Assembly (NCBI GenBank): GCA_944350095.1 | Contig: CALVOB010000034.1 | Location: 1 to 42,407, forward strand | Direction of reading: 5' to 3' | DNA: 42,407 bases | From: an uncultured Clostridia bacterium | GTDB lineage: Bacteria > Bacillota > Clostridia > Christensenellales > UBA1242 | Shown here: piece by piece, positions 37,688 to 42,407 of the stretch | Layout: each line of letters starts with the position of its first letter | Position numbering within the stretch: position 1 is the stretch's first letter | Notes under the pieces: generated by a model | Seen by the model: only the letters and a program-made list of their open reading frames with translations | Told to the model about the DNA's origin: nothing | Database searches by the model: none | Translations under genes and position numbers: made by a program

Positions 37688-38575
37688 TTATTTTTTGTTT
37701 TTGTCAAATTCTTTTTTTATTCTTGGATTTTTAACCGACATCTTTTTAGCTAAAAATATTTCTGTTGCTTTTCCTAATGTGCTTGGTTCTTTTGAACAAT
37801 TTAAGTTAGTAAAAAGTTCTGCAAACGCTTCCCTGTTGTTGGTTTTTCCATATTCACTTAAATTATTAATATTTTCTTTGCCAAAATGTTTTCTATGTAT
37901 CCTTTGAATTGACTTAAAAAATTTTGTAGCATATTCTTCTGAATATTTTTTAACAATTAATTGTCTTTCTTTAATGTTTGTAGCCTTTGATAACTCATCT
38001 ATGTATTTATCATATCTTATTCTGCCCTGTTTTGTATTTAAATCTTTCTGCATAAGTACTTTTTGTACATAGTGTCCAAACTCATGAGTAACTGTTTGAT
38101 TAACATACTCCTCCTTATCGCATTTTATCCACTCGCCTTTATTTATTAAAATCTCACTTCTCTTCTCGATAATATCTTTATTCGAAAATGTCAAATCTTT
38201 GTTAAATACAATTTGAAGATTATCAAATTTAGTTCCATCATGGAAAAAAGCAGCTGCATAATTTGAAGGCATTTTCCCTGACCGTATAGCAAGTTCTTTT
38301 TCATTTTTTCCTAAAATTTTTGTTGTATCTGTATACTTTCTTGTAAGTGAATCTATTTTATATACATTTGGCAGAAAAATTTCTTCTGGAATTTTGTCTG
38401 TAGATTCCTTTATATGTATATTTTTTTGCTTTAGCTTTTCAGTTTTGCCGTTATATTCTTTCTCTGTGTCTTTATCCTCTTCTGCACTTTCTAAAATATC
38501 AAATAAATCAATATCTCCAGAAGTAGATTTTGAAATATCATAAAAATTTAAATAACAACTTCCTCTTCCGCCCAT
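37688..38575 (-). CDS. MGGRG-N-terminal protein with zincin-like (gluzincin) metallopeptidase domain
   Basis: Starts MGGRGS; THEFGH (HExxH) plus LSEYGKTNNREAFAELF third-ligand motif. Confidence 0.75.
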   Translation of the reverse strand: MGGRGSCYLNFYDISKSTSGDIDLFDILESAEEDKDTEKEYNGKTEKLKQKNIHIKESTDKIPEEIFLPNVYKIDSLTRKYTDTTKILGKNEKELAIRSGKMPSNYAAAFFHDGTKFDNLQIVFNKDLTFSNKDIIEKRSEILINKGEWIKCDKEEYVNQTVTHEFGHYVQKVLMQKDLNTKQGRIRYDKYIDELSKATNIKERQLIVKKYSEEYATKFFKSIQRIHRKHFGKENINNLSEYGKTNNREAFAELFTNLNCSKEPSTLGKATEIFLAKKMSVKNPRIKKEFDKNKK

Positions 38576-39241
38576 TTATTTTTCTCCTTTTGTGTATTTT
38601 TCTAAACTAATTTGTAAATGTGTAGCTATTTGTTTAATCTTTGAGTTACCTTTTAAACTTTTGGGAACTTCACCATAAAATAGTATTTCTATTGGCTCTA
38701 AGTGTTTAAGCATTTCATTGAAACCCTTACAGAAGCCTAGTGTAGCTCTTGGATTTTTCATACAACCTAGAGAACTTACAGCTATTACAGAATTTTTAGG
38801 CAGTCCATCAAAACACCATTCAAAGCTACTTTCATCTGACCAACTAGCGTTTGGTATTACTTCTATGCCTTGACTTTGAAAATAATAGCCAAGAACTTTG
38901 GAACGGTAACTATTCCAGATTTGTTGAGCTTTTGGCATATCTATATACAAACTAAAATCTGGCATTATTATTCCCTTGAATTCTTTTAATAAATTCAAAT
39001 ACTTTTCTGGAAAGTTCCAAACTCTATCGAACTGATAGTCATCTATGTAAAAATGTACATAATAATTTTTCTTTCGCTCTAATAAACTTACAGCTATATT
39101 AAACGGTACAAGTTCATATTTACTAAAAGTCGTTTGTGTAGCCTTGATTTTAGGAAATTCAAATTCGCCCTCGAGCTCTGCACCTTTAACAAGATTAAGC
39201 CTTAAATTGTTTCTAGTTTTGCTTATGTTGTTTGATTTCAT
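38576..39241 (-). CDS. DUF4417 domain protein
   Basis: HFYIDDYQF.RVW..P, PDFSLY.DMP...QIWN.YRS, GI.VIP...W, CFDGLP, AVSS.G, YG. Confidence 0.88.
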   Translation of the reverse strand: MKSNNISKTRNNLRLNLVKGAELEGEFEFPKIKATQTTFSKYELVPFNIAVSLLERKKNYYVHFYIDDYQFDRVWNFPEKYLNLLKEFKGIIMPDFSLYIDMPKAQQIWNSYRSKVLGYYFQSQGIEVIPNASWSDESSFEWCFDGLPKNSVIAVSSLGCMKNPRATLGFCKGFNEMLKHLEPIEILFYGEVPKSLKGNSKIKQIATHLQISLEKYTKGEK

Positions 39242-39250
39242 TTTACTCCT

Positions 39251-40150
39251 TTATAATTCTATATCTTCCAAACTATCAACTAAGCCGTCCAATTCTTCTT
39301 TTGTGTAGTTTCTGCCTTTATTTTCAGAAACATGCTCAGCTGATTTTGCTTTTGTGCTGGAGTGGTCGATTTTATCATAATAGCCAGCTATTATCTTTTC
39401 GTAAATATCTTTTCTACAGCAAAGCTTTAACCCAAAGTTTTTTGCACCTAGTAGGAATTCTGGACTGTTGTTTATTCCTTGAATAAGCTTCTCCATATCT
39501 ACATAGTCTGGTATTACAAAATCTTCTTCAACTATCTTGTTTGGAAAAGCTTGTTTAAACTTAGCTTTAAGTTGGTCATTGTCTTCTCTCTTTTTAACAA
39601 TAGTTTGTTGTTTTTGAAGAAGAGAGCGAACTTCCTTAACGAATAGTATATATTCTCTCTCTAAGTCTTTATTTTGAACTTTTAACTCTCGCTTTTCTTG
39701 TTCAAAATTTGCCTTAATATTTTTTAAAATCTCCGTAAAAATAGACTGATATTTAGTAAATTTCATAATTTTAGGTATGATAGAGGATATTAGAAAGGGA
39801 ATTCTAACATCTATATTTTCAGACTTTCTTCCAACTACTGTTTTAAAATGGTTTAGTTGAATTTCTTCATTGGTCAATATTGAAAACTTTTCATATTTAG
39901 TTTTATCAAATATTCCAAGATATACAGTCTGATTAATAATTTCAGAAAGTTTTGAAGCACTAGTATGGCACATAAATGCTAACCCCTCAAAACCCTCTTT
40001 CTTTATTTCGAGATAGTACCCCTCATTTACAAGCCCTAGCAAAAGAAAGTATGAAAACATTCCTTTTGCTCCCACTCTACCATACAGAGTACCCTCGATT
40101 TCTGAAAGTCTATTTCTACGAAGATACAACGGCTTTGAATATGAAGCCAT
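39251..40150 (-). CDS. Phage-type replication initiator / replisome organiser (DUF4373, Lin1244/Lin1753-like N-terminus)
   Basis: G.KG...Y..LL....EGYY, GIFDK.KYEKFSILT...IQ pattern; acidic C-terminal RNYTKEELDGL tail; start moved to ATG 40150 (GGAGGT RBS). Confidence 0.7.
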   Translation of the reverse strand: MASYSKPLYLRRNRLSEIEGTLYGRVGAKGMFSYFLLLGLVNEGYYLEIKKEGFEGLAFMCHTSASKLSEIINQTVYLGIFDKTKYEKFSILTNEEIQLNHFKTVVGRKSENIDVRIPFLISSIIPKIMKFTKYQSIFTEILKNIKANFEQEKRELKVQNKDLEREYILFVKEVRSLLQKQQTIVKKREDNDQLKAKFKQAFPNKIVEEDFVIPDYVDMEKLIQGINNSPEFLLGAKNFGLKLCCRKDIYEKIIAGYYDKIDHSSTKAKSAEHVSENKGRNYTKEELDGLVDSLEDIEL

Positions 40151-40192
40151 TTTAGCACCTCCGCACACCGCTTATTGCGATGAGATTTATTT

Positions 40193-40495
40193 TTAAGAAA
40201 AATTTGGTAAATCTATATATCTTATATCTTTTCGTAAATTCATACATTCTTTTATCATTAATTCATCTAAATTAATAAATTTTAAATTATTGAATTTAGC
40301 ATAATTATATAGATTATCGCAAAGCGGGTGACGCTCGCCGTAAACCCAAATAAATTTATCACCCTTTTTAAACTCATTTTTATCTTTTATTACTTCAATA
40401 ATTGAAGCATTATCTTGACTTTGCTCTACAATATTAACAACTTCTGATACCTGACTTAAATTTTTTACTTCAATAAAAATTTCTTGATATCCCAT
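40193..40495 (-). CDS. Hypothetical phage protein (100 aa)
   Basis: ORF in operon with AAGGGTG RBS. Confidence 0.65.
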   Translation of the reverse strand: MGYQEIFIEVKNLSQVSEVVNIVEQSQDNASIIEVIKDKNEFKKGDKFIWVYGERHPLCDNLYNYAKFNNLKFINLDELMIKECMNLRKDIRYIDLPNFS

Positions 40496-40519
40496 ATTTC
40501 CACCTTATTTTGTGTAGCT

Positions 40520-40723
40520 TTATACTGCTGGTATTACATTTGAAGCAAAAGCTGAAAGAGCACCCATTACGAAACCTAAAATGAATCCACTTAACCCTAT
40601 TAAAACATATTTAATTATATTATTAAATTTTTTTATTTCTTCTTCTCTTTTGGCTTTTTCTTCTCTATATTCTTGAACTTCTTCTCTAAGTTCTTCTACT
40701 TCCATTTGATTAATATCTTTCAT
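40520..40723 (-). CDS. Small protein, charged coiled coil plus C-terminal TM helix
   Basis: 67 aa; ATGA-coupled to upstream ORF. Confidence 0.65.
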   Translation of the reverse strand: MKDINQMEVEELREEVQEYREEKAKREEEIKKFNNIIKYVLIGLSGFILGFVMGALSAFASNVIPAV

Positions 40724-40869
40724 CTTACACCTTCTTTTAATTGAATAAATTTTACAGGGCAGTTTTCATCTCCTGTTGTTTCATCTTTAAAATATTCCTC
40801 GCCAAAATTACATTCCATTTGACAATTAAAGCAAGGACAATTAAAGCAATCTTTTGGATATATGTTCAT
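40720..40869 (-). CDS. 49-aa Cys-rich peptide; not in ORF track
   Basis: MNIYPKDCFNCPCFNCQMECNFGEEYFKDETTGDENCPVKFIQLKEGVR; ATGA overlaps at both ends; AAGGAG RBS. Confidence 0.7.
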   Translation of the reverse strand: MNIYPKDCFNCPCFNCQMECNFGEEYFKDETTGDENCPVKFIQLKEGVR

Positions 40870-41123
40870 TTTTTCTCCTTTTGCTTTTTATAGCTTATCA
40901 ACTCTTCACGAAGCTTGTCTGGTTTAACTTGCATTACTTCCGCCAGTGCTTCTAATATATCATCTGTAGGTATATGTATACCCTTTTCCCATGTCCTAAT
41001 TTGTTGCCTTGAGATTTTTCCTCTGCTAGCACCAAGTTCGTTTAAGTCTTCTGCCAGCATGGGCTGAGTCCAGTAATTACGCTTACGCCATTCTTTTATT
41101 GGGTTTTTCAATGTTTTTTTCAC
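40866..41123 (-). CDS. XRE/Cro-like helix-turn-helix regulator
   Basis: IKEWRKR..WTQ..LA......SRQQIRTWEKG...P....L..LA. Confidence 0.85.
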   Translation of the reverse strand: MKKTLKNPIKEWRKRNYWTQPMLAEDLNELGASRGKISRQQIRTWEKGIHIPTDDILEALAEVMQVKPDKLREELISYKKQKEKK

Positions 41124-41356
41124 CCCCTTTTATTTCTTTTTATTCCTTTTATTCTTTTTTAACCCGCTACGCGGGTTTTAATAAGATTCATATATTTATT
41201 TGAATACTTTATCGACCAAATATTAATTTTGCCTTTCTACATAAGTTTCTTAATGCCATTTTTTCAATATGCTGTTTTTTGAATAGGCTTACGCCTTTGC
41301 CTGCTTACTGTTTTGTTTGGTTTTTCTGTTTTGAAGATTTTTTATAAATCAAGCTA

Positions 41357-41430
41357 AAATTTTTTTAGAAATTTTGCTGGGCATTTGCAATTTGCAAATG
41401 CACACAGTCAAAATTTTACTAAAAAAATTT
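41357..41430. repeat. Long imperfect hairpin (74 nt) downstream of the Zot-like gene
   Basis: Arms AAATTTTTTTAG/CTAAAAAAATTT, AAATTTTG/CAAAATTT, CTG/CAG; core GCATTTGCAA-T-TTGCAAATGC. Confidence 0.75.
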
Positions 41431-41432
41431 CT

Positions 41433-42407
41433 TTACGCTTGCTTTCTAAAAAATTCTTCTTGATTACTAGAAATAACTAAACTTTTCCATACATTCTTTT
41501 GCAAAGGCTTATCTTTTGCCTTATAAAAATTCCTATAACATCTATCGTCATAAACGGCATTTAATATAGCTGGTAAAATAAAGGTACTTACGCCACGCTT
41601 TAACTGTTTCAAATCTGGAACTTTGTCTTCACCGTAGGCCACCATAGAACTAAAGCCAGACTCCGTTCCTGCAAAGTCTTTGTAATAATACTTTCGATAT
41701 CCAGAAAATTTTATAAACTTCTCAAAGTTCTCCATAAAACCTGAAAAAAGTTGAGATTTTCTTTTTGTGGGCTTTTTAGAAAACTTATCTTTAAAAAAGT
41801 TAAAGAGCCAAGAAAGTATTAGAGGCTTTAATACTGGTTTTTGCAAAAACATATATTTATTTTCACAGACACAGCGTCGAATGTCTTTATTAACATTATT
41901 CTTATCCTGTTCTGTACAGTAAATGTGGAATTCGCCAAAGTGACGGCACCAACGAGCTAACTCGCCAATCTCTATTGGGCGTTCCTTTCTTCCTGTTTCG
42001 TCTATGGATACCACAGAACCGACTTCGTCTACTATTAAAACTGTATATTCAGCTATACGGTCGACCTGTTCTAAATGTCTGCGAGTACAAATGTTTGTAA
42101 AAAGTTTTCCAACTTTCATAGGAATGTTTGACCAAAGGCAAGGGACACAATCACCAACTGAATAGAATAGGTAAGCTTCTTTTATTCGTTCCCAGCGTTG
42201 TATTTTTTCCTTGTCACCTGAAGCATATAGCTTAGCTTCTTTAGCTAGATCCTTTGCATATTGATATCTAAGTTCTAGCCACATTTTACGAGCTAGAATT
42301 ACGCCGTCATAAACAAGTGAGCTTGTTTTGCCAGCGCCTGGCGTGCCATTGCGAGTTACCATGTATTTTGATATATCTATACTTGCGTTGTGTAGCTTTA
42401 CACGAGA
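41433..42407 (-). CDS. Zot-like / inovirus pI-type morphogenesis ATPase, 5'-truncated by window end
   Basis: Walker A GTPGAGKT, SNIP, Walker B LIVDEVG, RHF...IYCTEQD...DIRR; frame open to 42407. Confidence 0.82.
   Translation of the reverse strand, partial: SRVKLHNASIDISKYMVTRNGTPGAGKTSSLVYDGVILARKMWLELRYQYAKDLAKEAKLYASGDKEKIQRWERIKEAYLFYSVGDCVPCLWSNIPMKVGKLFTNICTRRHLEQVDRIAEYTVLIVDEVGSVVSIDETGRKERPIEIGELARWCRHFGEFHIYCTEQDKNNVNKDIRRCVCENKYMFLQKPVLKPLILSWLFNFFKDKFSKKPTKRKSQLFSGFMENFEKFIKFSGYRKYYYKDFAGTESGFSSMVAYGEDKVPDLKQLKRGVSTFILPAILNAVYDDRCYRNFYKAKDKPLQKNVWKSLVISSNQEEFFRKQA

Larger units (their letters stand above)
37163..42407 (-). mobile_element. tRNA-Val-integrated prophage/satellite-like element with inovirus-type Zot ATPase; truncated by window end
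   Basis: att fragment, arm-type repeats, HTH, replication initiator, DUF4417 cassette, Zot-like ATPase. Confidence 0.85.

Noticed and set aside
41433-42407. Zot as an enterotoxin or virulence gene
   Set aside because: Only the phage morphogenesis ATPase motifs are visible; nothing supports toxin activity

Overview
Very AT-rich chromosome segment from a spore-forming Clostridia-like (Bacillota) bacterium; this lineage call is an inference from yunB, ytfJ/gerW, dacB, ytxC, rny, hemZ, a T-box and an L20 leader. About 36 kb (1.1-37.1 kb) is mostly minus-strand housekeeping genes: rny, thiI, cysteine desulfurase, pheST, plsC, rluB, dacB, ytfJ, yunB, hemZ, rel, recJ, secF/secD, yajC, tgt, queA, ruvBAC, yebC, a TrmH methylase, rplT-rpmI-infC, thrS and ytxC. 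Both ends run into elements related to ssDNA phages. Left (1 to about 950): the end of an apparently integrated gokushovirus-like Microviridae genome with VP5, an uncalled VP8 DNA-binding peptide, an uncalled 16-aa Arg-rich peptide and a holin-like gene. Right (37163 to the window end): an element integrated in tRNA-Val(TAC), marked by a displaced 46-bp 3' tRNA fragment and arm-type repeats. It combines an inovirus-type Zot/pI ATPase and a long hairpin with a Cro-like HTH, a DUF4373-type replication initiator and a DUF4417 / MGGRG-zincin / small-partner cassette that looks like an uncharacterised polymorphic effector-immunity system. Host oddities: a hydrolase-degenerate Rel, SecD/SecF lacking the canonical proton-path residues, a membrane-tethered PadR protein with a repeated GTACTATGCA motif, and a possibly switchable rny leader. 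All family assignments come from motif recognition by eye; no searches were run.
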